A DNA stretch of 64,000 nucleotides from a virus (IMGVR_UViG_3300036780_000119:1-64000); one strand, 5' to 3'. Shown: positions 25,683 to 35,319, counted from the stretch's first letter. Numbers and translations: made by a program. Notes: generated from the sequence alone by a model not told the origin.

Positions 25683-27044
25683 GAGCTGGTTCCGGGTCTT
25701 GTCGTCGCTGCTTTCCCAGTAGTCGGCCACGGTGATCTCAGGCACGACTGGCAGCCAGACGGGCCGGTCTGGCTGGTGTGGCGTGCTCTCCAGTTCTGCG
25801 ATCTTGGCTTCGGCTTCGGCTACGGCATGCGCGATGCCCTGGTTGAATTCCTCGTCCAGTTCGGCGCGGAGCCGTTCGGCGCGGCGTTGGAGCCGGGCGA
25901 TCTCGGTGGCATGGTCGTCGCCAGGGATGATAGTTCGCTCCAGTAGTTTGCGGTGGCCGTAAGCGCCGAGCACTTCGCTGGTCACGGTGGCTTCCAGGTG
26001 GCGCATGGATGTTCCGTTGGGGCAGCGCGGGCAGAAGTACCGGTTGCCTTTGTTGATGTGCTTGGTACGGCGGTAGCCCTTCATGGGGGCATCGTGGTCG
26101 GAGCATGGCCTGCTGTGCCCGCAGTCGTCCATTGGTGAGCAGTCGGCGCAGTAGGCGACGTGATACAGCAGGAGCCGCGCTTGGGGCATGTCCCGCTTTT
26201 TCACCCGCTTGCGCACGGCGTCTTGCACGGCGCGCCATTGGTCATCGGTGAGGATGGGGTTGTCGGTGAACCTGACCGGCTGCCCGTGGCTGTCGCGGAA
26301 GATCACGGTTTCGCGGTGGGCGATGGTCTTGGTCACGTACCCGATCATTGCGGGGGATGTGAGGATGCGTTTGACCGTGAACCCGCTCCAGGTTTTTCCC
26401 CACGGTGATGGGATTCCCTCGGTGTTGAATTCGTTGGCAACGGTCAGGAAACCTCTCCCGTTAATGACGGCTTCTGCCATGCGCAACGCAAGGTCGGTGT
26501 TAACGTCGTCTTTTATGAGCCGGTAGTTACCTTTGCTTCCGGCCGCCATGTAGCCGAAGGGTGTCCTGCCGCCACCCCACCGGCCGGCCTCTGATATTCC
26601 CTCAGCCGCTTCGGCGCGGCGCTGGCCACCGCGTTTCCGTTCAAACTGTGCGAAGGCGACGAGCTGGTTTGCCATGAGTTCGCCTTCGGGGGTGGTGAGG
26701 TCATATCCCTCGGTGACGGAGACGAGTTTCTTGCCGCGCTGGTCGGCCCATTCGCTGGTTTGCGCGAAGTCGAGGACGGAGCGGAACCCGCGGTCGAGTT
26801 TGGCGGTGGCGAGGACGTCCCACTCGCTGATCTTGGCTGATTCGGTGAGCCAGGGGCCGAGGTTCTCCCGCTCCGCGGCGGGGGTGCCGCCAGATGTAGC
26901 TTTGTCCTCCGTCCACGACACGACGGTATGTCCGTGATCGTCGGCCCACTGCTGGATACGCTTCTTCTGGTTGGCTATTGAGATGGATTCCTCGCCCTTG
27001 CCGCTCTCTCGGCAGGCCCCGAGCACCCTCGCCATGACGGCCAC
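25584..27044 (-). CDS. Large serine recombinase (integrase)
   Basis: R-x-S catalytic motif, SIANQ, KLDRGFR, FAQFER, recombinase domain, zinc ribbon, coiled coil. Confidence 0.9.
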   Translation of the reverse strand: MAVMARVLGACRESGKGEESISIANQKKRIQQWADDHGHTVVSWTEDKATSGGTPAAERENLGPWLTESAKISEWDVLATAKLDRGFRSVLDFAQTSEWADQRGKKLVSVTEGYDLTTPEGELMANQLVAFAQFERKRGGQRRAEAAEGISEAGRWGGGRTPFGYMAAGSKGNYRLIKDDVNTDLALRMAEAVINGRGFLTVANEFNTEGIPSPWGKTWSGFTVKRILTSPAMIGYVTKTIAHRETVIFRDSHGQPVRFTDNPILTDDQWRAVQDAVRKRVKKRDMPQARLLLYHVAYCADCSPMDDCGHSRPCSDHDAPMKGYRRTKHINKGNRYFCPRCPNGTSMRHLEATVTSEVLGAYGHRKLLERTIIPGDDHATEIARLQRRAERLRAELDEEFNQGIAHAVAEAEAKIAELESTPHQPDRPVWLPVVPEITVADYWESSDDKTRNQLLLDYGFAFWIKRSDIVRAQGAWVPADEDIFRL

Positions 27045-27325
27045 CTACTTCCTTCCCTTGACCCCACGCCCAATCTTACACCCGTACGACGTGTCGTACG
27101 TGAACAAAAGTGGGGCGGGGTGATGAGCCAGTTCCCGCAGGTCAAGGGGTCGGTCATAGTCTGGGCCGGTGCCAGGTTGTGACCGTGAGCCTGGCACCGA
27201 CGGCAGGGCTGTCGCCGGCCGGGACGGCTAGCAGCCGTCGGGGGCTGCCTACACCCACGCAGGTTTTGAGATGCGGTAAAGGCTCCAGATGCTGAACACA
27301 ACTGGAGCCTTTATCACCCTTCGAG

Positions 27326-27829
27326 CTACAAGTTTTCCCTGAGCACCTGGGCTTTCTGGTCAGGGTCGAGAAGGAAGATGTGCTGACTGTACTCGCCGGG
27401 CCATGCCACGAGGATCTCATAGTCCGTTGTGAGTAGCATGGCCTTTCCGGCAACGTCGTTGGCAAAGGTCACGGGCCCATCACCGGCTAGGGCGATGAAT
27501 GTTACGAGCCGGCTCGTCCAGGGGCAGGCGGCAGAGGACTGATCATCAAATCGCCGGAACTTGCGGCGCGTACCATCTAGCCGCTCGCGGGCGTGCTGGC
27601 GCTGAAACTCTTCCCAAGTAGCGCGCCGTTCCTCATCCCGTATTCGTTCGGCGTTGTCCCACCGCTCGCACTCTTCGGCGGTCATCGGAGCGGCATCCAT
27701 GCCGCAGGGCTGCTGATGGCCGTCCTTCCATTGCGTATGGCCCCACAGCGTGCCGCTGCGGGTTATCGCACGTTCCGCTCCACATTCGGGGCATCGACCC
27801 CGTGGGAGGGTAGGAGTATTCACTGACAT
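27326..27829 (-). CDS. Zinc-finger hypothetical protein
   Basis: GRCPECG...H......C. Confidence 0.5.
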   Translation of the reverse strand: MSVNTPTLPRGRCPECGAERAITRSGTLWGHTQWKDGHQQPCGMDAAPMTAEECERWDNAERIRDEERRATWEEFQRQHARERLDGTRRKFRRFDDQSSAACPWTSRLVTFIALAGDGPVTFANDVAGKAMLLTTDYEILVAWPGEYSQHIFLLDPDQKAQVLRENL

Positions 27830-28343
27830 GGCGGGAGAGGGTAACAAGCCATCGTCGGCAACTGCCTGGCAATAGAAACAAGGATTTGTACGAACACGCA
27901 GCCGAAGGTCTAGCATGTGGCGTGTTTGAACTCGGTCTGGGGTTGGTGCATCATGTGTTCGACCGTGCAACATCTGAGGCTCTAGAAAGCAGGGACAGCC
28001 TCGTGGGACTTGCCAAGCCGCCGCGTACCCGGGACCGGACGTTTCCGGTGGAGACGGCGCAACTGCCGATGACGCCCCGCTGTGACTTCTGCCAGCGGCA
28101 GTTCCCGATCCTGGCCGGGCAGACCGCCAGCAGTGTGCTGACCAAGCATTACAACGAGGAGCATCCCGGTGGACTCGCTGGTGGCTGAGCGGCGGCAACC
28201 GCTGGCGGCCCGGGTGTGGGGTCGCTCGTACCGCACCTGGTGGCCGCCGGACGGTACACGGCATCGCAAGAGGGCCAAGCGCCGGTCCGGCCACCGTGAG
28301 CGGCAGCAGACGCGCGCCCGGCTGCGTGACTGCGAGAGGGGCG

Positions 28344-28580
28344 ATGATGACTGACGGCCCCCGTAGCCCGGCTGTGATCGTGTCTGAGGCGGCGGATGAT
28401 GTGTCGTCGCTGTTGCATGGCGCGTCGGCGTTGTGTGCGGGTGGTGCGTTGTCGCAGGCGCACTTTGGGACGATGGCGGCAGCGATCCGTGAGCGGCTTG
28501 ACCGGGCGGTGGAAGATGTCCATGCGGCCGAGCGGCCGGTGCCGATCCGGGAGGAGTTCCCTGGCATCACGGAACCGTAG
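28344..28580 (+). CDS. Hypothetical protein
   Basis: GAGAGGGG RBS. Confidence 0.45.
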   Translation: MMTDGPRSPAVIVSEAADDVSSLLHGASALCAGGALSQAHFGTMAAAIRERLDRAVEDVHAAERPVPIREEFPGITEP

Positions 28581-28657
28581 TGCGGCTCCCAGAACGTGAA
28601 GGTGCCCCAGACCCTCCACCGGGTCTGGGGCATCTTCCTTTGCGGGTGGCGACTCCG

Positions 28658-29407
28658 TCAGGAGGGTTCGGCGGGGACGGCTCCGTACTTGTATCCGAGG
28701 GGCATCCGGCCGGAGGCGGTCACGATGTCGATGAAGTTCAGCACCCGGTGCTGCTGGTCGCGGGTGGTGCCCTTGACGGTCAGCACGGGTGCCCCGGGCC
28801 CGATTTCCAGTCGCTGTGCTTCGGCTTCGGTGGCTTGCCGGGCGTCTACCTGGTCGGTGCTGTATGTCGGGCCGAATGCTTCCCGCAGCAGGCGTGGCAT
28901 TCCGCCGGCGTGCGGGTCGCCAAGCTGGGGGGCTGCGTCGACCACGTAGGGCGGGAAGTAGCTGGTTGCGATGCTGATGGGTGGCATGTCTTCGGCGCGC
29001 AGCAGCCGGTCTCTGATGACTACTTCGGAGCCGGCTGGGATGTCGAGCCAGTCTGCGACCTCGCCGGTGGCGGGGCCGCGGGTGACGGTGGTGATAGTGG
29101 CTGGCCGTTTTCCCTGCCGTTTCAGCACGTCGTAGAATCCTCCGTCGGCGGTGACGTCGGAGTCGAGGCGGTGCAGCCCGGCGGGGGCCTGGACGAATAC
29201 GCCGCGGCCCTGGTGGCTGGTGACGAGTCCTTCGGCGCGGAGCTGGACGATGGCGGCGCGGACGGTGTTGCTGCTGACTTTGAACCGTTCGCGGAGTTCG
29301 CGTTCGCTGGGGAGTTGGTCTCCTGGCGTGTACCGGCCGGCGCGGATGTCGTTGCGGAGCGCGTCGGCTACTTGTGCGTAGAACGGCTGTCCATGCGTGA
29401 TGCTCAC
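28658..29407 (-). CDS. GntR-family (HutC/UTRA) regulator, probable repressor
   Basis: YAQVADALR..I..G...PGDQLPSERELRERF.VS..TVR.A...L..EGLV...GRGVFV plus UTRA domain. Confidence 0.9.
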   Translation of the reverse strand: MSITHGQPFYAQVADALRNDIRAGRYTPGDQLPSERELRERFKVSSNTVRAAIVQLRAEGLVTSHQGRGVFVQAPAGLHRLDSDVTADGGFYDVLKRQGKRPATITTVTRGPATGEVADWLDIPAGSEVVIRDRLLRAEDMPPISIATSYFPPYVVDAAPQLGDPHAGGMPRLLREAFGPTYSTDQVDARQATEAEAQRLEIGPGAPVLTVKGTTRDQQHRVLNFIDIVTASGRMPLGYKYGAVPAEPS

Positions 29408-29494
29408 TGTGACTTGCTCCCGAAGTGATGTTGTGACCAAGCCTAGCGCTTGACCCTGGAGAGGATGAAGTGCTTGACTTACAGTGTAATCCAC

Positions 29495-29515
29495 TTAGTC
29501 ACGAAGTGACTGAGC
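29495..29515. promoter_or_regulatory. Inverted repeat, candidate GntR operator in divergent promoter region
   Basis: cttagtcac-gaa-gtgactgag next to TTGACT. Confidence 0.45.
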
Positions 29516-29840
29516 GACACAGTACAACCCGGAGGGGAGGCGGCATGCGTGACACGCCCGTCAGAACCGCAGACGTGCCAAGTGCCGCGCATGCCGCCCA
29601 CCATCCGGCCGGCACCACCTCTGGCCAGAGGCGCAGTACAGGAAGCGCGACCGGCCCGCCCGGCGCCAGCCTGCCACTTCACAGGAACCCTTCACGGACC
29701 GCCAGGAACCACCCGGCTGGCTGCGAGGGCTATCCAAACCGGTATGCCGGCTCCCTGGATGTTGACGCGTGGGGAAGCGTTGTTCAGCTTCCAGGGAGCC
29801 TCCGGCATCTTTCAAACCCAAAGGGAAGGACAGGCGGGGC

Positions 29841-30914
29841 ATGACTGCTGCCGTCGCAGTACTGGAACGCGGGGGCACCCAGCCGGGTGCTGACCCGGCG
29901 AAGGCTACCGCCAAGAGGGACGCGGCGCTGGCGCAGGCGTTCACGCAAGCCGAGCGGCAGTTCGGCAAGGGGTCGGCGATGCGGCTCGGCGACAAGCCCC
30001 CCGGACGTGTTGAGGTGATCTCGACCCGGTCGGTCGCGCTGGATGTGGCGCTGGGCGTCGGTGGGCTGCCCCGCGGGCGGATCGTGGAAATGTCCGGTCC
30101 CGAGGGCAGCGGCAAGTCGAGTCTTGCCCTGACCGTGATCGCGACCGCGCAGCAGGCGGGCGGGATCGGCATGCTCATCGACGCTGAGCATGCGCTGGAC
30201 CCCGAGTACGCGAAGAGACTCGGCGTCGATACTGACGCGCTGTGCGTGTCTCAGCCCGATACGGGGGAGCAGGCGCTGGAGATCGCTGACATGTTCATCC
30301 GTTCGGGTGCGGTCGATGTCGTTGTCATCGATTCGGTGGCGGCGCTGGTGCCGCGGGCGGAACTTGAGGGAGAGATGGGCGACAGTCACGCCGGGTTGCA
30401 GTCGCGGCTGATGTCGCAGGCGCTGCGGAAGCTGGTCGGCGTGATCAGCACAACCAGAACGACCGTGATCTTCATCAACCAGTTGCGGGACAAGGTCGGT
30501 GTCCTCTTCGGCAGTCCGGAGTACACGACCGGCGGGCGGGCGCTCAGGTTCTACGCGTCGGTCCGGCTGGACGTGCGCCGTATTGAGACGCTCAAGGACG
30601 GCACGGATGCGGTGGGGAACCGGATCCGGGTCAAGGTGGTCAAGAACAAGGTGGCCCCGCCGTTCCGGCAGGCCGAGATGGATCTGCTGTTCGCGGAGGG
30701 GATCAGCCGCGAGGGTGGCCTGATCGACCTGGGCGTGACGCACGGCATCGTGCGCAAGTCCGGTGCCTGGTACACCTACGACGGCGGCGAGCTCGGGCAG
30801 GGCAAGGAGGCCACGCGGGTCTTCCTGCGCGGCCATCCTGATGTCGCCGACGCGATCGGCAAGCGGATCAATGACAAGCTGCTGCCGCCGGCGGCGGCTG
30901 CGGTGGCGTCGTGA
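29841..30914 (+). CDS. recA: Recombinase A
   Basis: [57 protein letters not shown]. Confidence 0.97.
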   Translation: MTAAVAVLERGGTQPGADPAKATAKRDAALAQAFTQAERQFGKGSAMRLGDKPPGRVEVISTRSVALDVALGVGGLPRGRIVEMSGPEGSGKSSLALTVIATAQQAGGIGMLIDAEHALDPEYAKRLGVDTDALCVSQPDTGEQALEIADMFIRSGAVDVVVIDSVAALVPRAELEGEMGDSHAGLQSRLMSQALRKLVGVISTTRTTVIFINQLRDKVGVLFGSPEYTTGGRALRFYASVRLDVRRIETLKDGTDAVGNRIRVKVVKNKVAPPFRQAEMDLLFAEGISREGGLIDLGVTHGIVRKSGAWYTYDGGELGQGKEATRVFLRGHPDVADAIGKRINDKLLPPAAAAVAS

Positions 30915-31198
30915 GCATCGTGGACGGCACCCCGGCCGGTGTGGATGCCATCCTCGGCGCTGGTGACGTGTTCGAGGGGATCCTGTGGGCGACCGGGCTG
31001 CCCAGCCTGACCCCGCCGGCGGACCCGGTGGGGAATCTGGCCTACCTGCCCGGCTGCGGGCCGGTGCCGCAGGGGCACTTGTATGCGATCACGGTGCAGC
31101 GGTCGGGTGATGGGCCGCTGGTGCTGGACTGGGTTGAGGAACTCCCCGGTGATGTTGACCCGGCGGTGGTCATGGCGGCGCTTGGGGTGCTGCCATGA
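30911..31198 (+). CDS. Hypothetical protein
   Basis: GTGA overlap with recA. Confidence 0.55.
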   Translation: MSIVDGTPAGVDAILGAGDVFEGILWATGLPSLTPPADPVGNLAYLPGCGPVPQGHLYAITVQRSGDGPLVLDWVEELPGDVDPAVVMAALGVLP

Positions 31199-31412
31199 CG
31201 CTGACCGAGGAGGTGGGTGAGCCAGTCGTCTGGCTGGCCGCGTCCAGCGAGGTGGTCATGTACGTGGACGAGTGTGGCGTGATCGGTGCGACCGATCTGA
31301 GATACGACGAGAACCGGTTCTGATCGTCGCCCCAGCGGGGTGGCCGGGCGGGAGGGGAAGCCTTCCCGGTTCACCACAGGGGCGTGAACGCCAAAGGGAA
31401 GGGACAACGACA

Positions 31413-31859
31413 GTGAGTACAGCAACAACCAACGGGCACGGGACACGCCCGCACATCATGCCCGGCACGTTCGGCCCACCGGGAGGCAATCCGGCCCATG
31501 AGGGTTCGGGCCTGTACCAGCCGGCGTTTCCACCGCCAAGCCAGGCACCGGACCAGGCGCCGCCGAGCCGGGTAGGCGACATGGCCCGGTACGAAACTTT
31601 CGCGATCGAAGGGGTGAACCGCAGCCGCGAGGATGTGGCTCGCCGCGAAAGGGAAGTGGAGCGGCTCTCGCACGAGCGCCGGGTGGAGGATCTCGGCGAC
31701 GACGTGGCGGGTGACATCTGGGCTGTGGTTCTGGAGATGCTGCCAGGTGAGGACCAGCACGAAGGGTGGGTAGTCCGCGCCCACCTCGCGGCGATGATAG
31801 AGCGCGCGTGGCGGAAAGGCTTCGACGTCGGCCGCAGCGACCAGGACTCGCCCCGCTGA
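31413..31859 (+). CDS. Hypothetical protein
   Basis: RBS, operon context. Confidence 0.55.
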   Translation: MSTATTNGHGTRPHIMPGTFGPPGGNPAHEGSGLYQPAFPPPSQAPDQAPPSRVGDMARYETFAIEGVNRSREDVARREREVERLSHERRVEDLGDDVAGDIWAVVLEMLPGEDQHEGWVVRAHLAAMIERAWRKGFDVGRSDQDSPR

Positions 31860-31875
31860 GGAGGGACTGGGTGTT

Positions 31876-32199
31876 ATGCGTGGGGCGCAGCATGGGTCGC
31901 CACCGTGGGGGCCGTCGCCGAAACCTGCGGGGGCCGGCGACGGCCGGGTGCGCATCTGGCTGGATTATGCGGCGCCGCGGCACCGCCAGCCGCCCCGCGT
32001 CTCCCCGTTCCGCCGTGCGCTGGGGCGGGCCGTCGTATGGGCGGTGGACTGGCTGGTGGGTTTGCGGGTGGTGTGGCTGTTCGGCCGGTGGCCGGTGCCG
32101 CGCTGGTTCCTGATCTTCATGCCGGTCATGACGGCGCTGATCGTGGTGGCGCTGAAAGCGCCGCCGTCGTGGTGGGCGTACGCCAGCGCCCACCTGTGA
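31876..32199 (+). CDS. Membrane protein
   Basis: GAGGAGG RBS, TM segment. Confidence 0.55.
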   Translation: MRGAQHGSPPWGPSPKPAGAGDGRVRIWLDYAAPRHRQPPRVSPFRRALGRAVVWAVDWLVGLRVVWLFGRWPVPRWFLIFMPVMTALIVVALKAPPSWWAYASAHL

Positions 32200-32227
32200 A
32201 CTCACAAGGAAAGGGGATCTGATCCGG

Positions 32228-32668
32228 ATGGCCGAGATGCTGGCGGACCTCCTGAGTCAGGAGGTCCGCCATCTGCGGCGGCACACGGCAGCAGCCCATG
32301 ACGGCTGCCGTTACTGCCTGTACCGGCAGGAGCACGGTGGTACCGGTGTCCCGGTGTTCCGGGTGGTTGACCAGACCCGGGGCCGGGTGTTTCTGGAGAC
32401 GGATGACTGGGTGGATGCCGAGCATCTGAGCATGCTCAGCGCCGCCCGTGGCGAGCTGCGGTACATCCTGGGCACGCACCCGTCGCACGTGTGGGGTGAC
32501 CGCGCCCGGTATCCGCATCGGTGTGAGAAGTGTGACGCGCCGGCCAACGGCAGTTTCGCCTCACACGCGCCGTGTGGGTATGACCTGGGCCGGCTGGCGC
32601 TGCTGACTGTCATTGAGTTCGAGCTGGCGAAACGGGAGAAGGAGCCTGCCCATGAACGGAATGGTTAA
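32228..32668 (+). CDS. Hypothetical Cys/His protein
   Basis: CRYC, CEKC. Confidence 0.6.
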   Translation: MAEMLADLLSQEVRHLRRHTAAAHDGCRYCLYRQEHGGTGVPVFRVVDQTRGRVFLETDDWVDAEHLSMLSAARGELRYILGTHPSHVWGDRARYPHRCEKCDAPANGSFASHAPCGYDLGRLALLTVIEFELAKREKEPAHERNG

Positions 32669-32888
32669 CCAGGAGAGGCCGATACCGCTGACGGACACGC
32701 CGGCCACGCAGAATGGTGCCGGGCCGCCGGCGGAGCCGCCGGTGCTGATGTCTTTCCTCGGCATTGAGAAGTACCTGCGGCTGATCTGGATCGCGCTGGC
32801 CGTGCTTGTGCCGCTGGCGGGGGCCGGGGTGGTGGCGCTGGCGGTGCTGGCCGTGGATGCCAGCCGGTTCGCCGGGCTGCTCGGGTAA
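32652..32888 (+). CDS. Small membrane protein
   Basis: AAGGAG RBS, TM segment. Confidence 0.55.
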   Translation: MNGMVNQERPIPLTDTPATQNGAGPPAEPPVLMSFLGIEKYLRLIWIALAVLVPLAGAGVVALAVLAVDASRFAGLLG

Positions 32889-32904
32889 AGGGGAGGGTCT
32901 GGTT

Positions 32905-33171
32905 GTGGACAGGCAGCATGATCAGCCGGCTGGGCCGGCCGGGCAGGAGAGTAATGGCAAGCCACCGCTGCAGGAGACGGCCCGGATGCCGCCACGTCCG
33001 GCGGTTCCGTTCTATGGCCCGTGGCCGCTGCCGCCCCCGTTTGTTCCGGGCAGTACGGCGGAGGGGCACCTGCGGGATATCCGGAATGCGCTGATGATCC
33101 TGGCGGTGTGTGTGGCCGTCTGGACGCTGATAGGGGTCGCGGACATTCTCGGTCACGCGCTCGGCAAGTAA
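32905..33171 (+). CDS. Small membrane protein
   Basis: GGAGG RBS, C-terminal TM. Confidence 0.5.
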   Translation: MDRQHDQPAGPAGQESNGKPPLQETARMPPRPAVPFYGPWPLPPPFVPGSTAEGHLRDIRNALMILAVCVAVWTLIGVADILGHALGK

Positions 33172-33335
33172 GAACGGCGTGCCGGTGCTGCGGCGTCAGG
33201 TTCGGCGGCGGCTGTGGCTGGTGTTCAGTGGCATGGTGTGGGCGGTGGCCGCCGGGTGTGTGGTGGCCGCCGCCTTGCTGATCGCGGTCGAGGCGATGGC
33301 CGGCAGGTAGCATCCACCGGCCTGGCTGGGGGCGG

Positions 33336-33614
33336 TCACGCCATCGGTTCGGGGGCGCCGTCGTGGAACTCGATTCGCGTCCCGTACTCGGGATGCCCGT
33401 GCACCTGGTAGAAGTCGCGCCAGCATGCCCAGACGCTGTGTGACCGGAACTCGGTCAGCCAGCGGATCACGACGGTCTGATCGGAGAAGATCACCCCCTC
33501 ATAGTCGGGAGCCTCTCCAGCGTTGGTGATCCCCATCCGCCGGTATTCCTCCGGCGGGGCGGGCCGGTACCCTGTGAAGGCCCGCGGGTAGGTGAGGGTT
33601 CGCGTGTGCGTCAT
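33336..33614 (-). CDS. Hypothetical protein
   Basis: EGVIFSD..V.IRW......S...W......VHGH...T.IEF motif. Confidence 0.7.
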   Translation of the reverse strand: MTHTRTLTYPRAFTGYRPAPPEEYRRMGITNAGEAPDYEGVIFSDQTVVIRWLTEFRSHSVWACWRDFYQVHGHPEYGTRIEFHDGAPEPMA

Positions 33615-33677
33615 GGGCTGAGGGTAGGGTGCGGCTGCACGCTACTGGTTCTCTCGTTCCGGGTTTCTACCACGAGG

Positions 33678-33704
33678 CAGTTGCAGGGGGGCCGCGGCTA
33701 CGTT
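33678..33704 (+). promoter_or_regulatory. Recurrent promoter motif, likely leaderless mRNA
   Basis: CAGTTGCA-N13-TACGTT, 8 nt before ATG at 33713. Confidence 0.55.
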
Positions 33705-33712
33705 GCGGCAGC

Positions 33713-34447
33713 ATGACACGGCTTAATCAGATCATCGCCGTCGAGGGCGGCGTGAAAAGTGACACCACCCGGCAGGTCACTGACCTGCATCATCAGGTGC
33801 AGAAGCAGGCGCTGCTGTCGGGGATTTCCCGCACGTATGAGCCGCGGGACCGTGAGGGTGACCCGATCCCGGCTGAGTCCACGAAGGTGCAGATCAGCGC
33901 GGAAGATGTGCTCGCTGGGGCGGCGAAGCTGTGGACGCGGCTGTATGACGTGACGCTGACGAAGGATGTCGCGAACACGCTGGCCCGCGCAGACGTGGTG
34001 GTTGCGGGGGAGCGGATCCTGTCGAATGTGCCGGCGACGTTCCTGCTGTTCCTGGAGCGGCAGCTGACGGACCTGCACACGTTCGTGGCGAAACTGCCGG
34101 TGCAGGATCCGGCGGAGGACTGGACGGCGGAGGGTGCGCCGGCGGGGCAGTGGAAGTCGGCGCCGGCGCGGACGATGCGGACGAAGAAGGTCCCCCGCAA
34201 TCATGTGATGGCTGAGGCGACGGCGCAGCATCCGGCGCAGGTGCAGATGTACCACGAGGATGTGCCGGTGGGGGACTGGACAACGGTCAAGTTCACCGGG
34301 GCGCTGCCGGCCCGGCGGGTGCGGCTGCTGCTGGACCGGGTGACAGCGCTGCAGCGGGCGGTGAAGTTCGCCCGGGAGGAGGCGAACTCCCGGGAGGTGG
34401 AGGACCAGGAGGCGGGCGAGGCCGTGTTCGGCTGGCTGTTCGCCTGA
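33713..34447 (+). CDS. Conserved coiled-coil protein of unknown function
   Basis: MTRLNQIIAVE.GVKS...LLSGISRTYEP...TKDVAN..ARADV...AVKFAREEAN; recalled as a widespread uncharacterised actinobacterial/phage family. Confidence 0.85.
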   Translation: MTRLNQIIAVEGGVKSDTTRQVTDLHHQVQKQALLSGISRTYEPRDREGDPIPAESTKVQISAEDVLAGAAKLWTRLYDVTLTKDVANTLARADVVVAGERILSNVPATFLLFLERQLTDLHTFVAKLPVQDPAEDWTAEGAPAGQWKSAPARTMRTKKVPRNHVMAEATAQHPAQVQMYHEDVPVGDWTTVKFTGALPARRVRLLLDRVTALQRAVKFAREEANSREVEDQEAGEAVFGWLFA

Positions 34448-34468
34448 ACGGCGGGTTTCACCACCGGG

Positions 34469-34494
34469 TAGCTGCCCGGCCGGGCCGGTAGTGT
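34469..34494 (+). promoter_or_regulatory. Recurrent promoter motif driving the downstream ncRNA
   Basis: TAGCTGCC-N12-TAGTGT; predicted start about 34501. Confidence 0.6.
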
Positions 34495-34500
34495 CCGGTG

Positions 34501-34800
34501 GTGAGCACAAGCTGAAACTCAAACTCATCCTCGTGCAGCACGTCCGTGGCAGGTGAAGGTTCGAGTCCTTCCTGCGGCTCCATCGTGCCGCAGTGGCCCA
34601 ACTGGCAGAGGCACCCGGCGTGCAGGTCAAACTCAAGTTTCCGCTCTAGATTCAGCATTCCGCTTATCACCAGATCAAGCGGGCACAGGCAGGGTTCCCG
34701 GAGGTTGCCGGTTCGAGGCCGGCCCGCCCCTCCACTACATCGTGGGGCGGTAGCTCAAGAGGCAGAGCACCGGGCATTTCACGGTGACTTGTGTCCTTAA
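34501..34800 (+). ncRNA. Structured RNA with two circularly permuted tRNA-like domains
   Basis: T-arm + acceptor 3' strand + TCCA precede acceptor 5' strand + D-arm, twice (34538-34623, 34697-34774); closing stem gcacaag/cttgtgt. Confidence 0.8.
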
Positions 34801-34854
34801 ACGCCGCTGGTGTGCGAATGGGCGGCCAATGATGATCTTTGAACGTTCATCTTT

Positions 34855-34891
34855 GGTCCCCCGGGCCTGGGCAGGCCCGGGGGACCTTTTT
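34855..34891 (+). terminator. Intrinsic terminator
   Basis: ggtcccccgggcct/aggcccgggggacc followed by T tract. Confidence 0.75.
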
Positions 34892-35263
34892 GTCCCTGTT
34901 GGCGGGGGATTGGGTTTTGGCGTGGTGGTGTTATTTTGCCGGGTGGGGTGACAAGGCCGGTGGAATGGCTACACTGTTGCATGTTGCGGAACAGTCCCCC
35001 TTCCCCCGGGGGGGATGCGTGTTCCCGCCCCTCGCCGCTGACCTTGGTGGCTAATCCCAGGCAGCGGCACCGGGCCGGTCAGCGCTGCCTGGCCGGCCCG
35101 TTTTCCTGCCCTGCCACAGGTGTTGCACCCCTGGTGGTGCCGTTTTACCATGGAAGGGCACTCGTCCTTTCGCTTTGCTAGGAGCCGGGGGACGTGCATG
35201 GGCTGGGCCGTTCGGCCGCTGAGCAGGCGGGGGCCCAGCCCGCTTCGCTGCCCAGGGCACAGT

Positions 35264-35319
35264 AAAAAGCGGCCCCGCCGCCTGCCCGCCACAGGGGGCG
35301 GGTGGCGGCAGGGCCGCTT
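35264..35319 (-). terminator. Intrinsic terminator of the late operon
   Basis: GC hairpin followed by TTTTT on the minus strand. Confidence 0.6.

Noticed and set aside
34587-34734. Ordinary tRNA with an intron, or standard tmRNA
   Set aside because: Its 5' strand gccgcag does not pair with ccgcccc; each pairs only with its permuted partner; no G3:U70 and full D-arms are present
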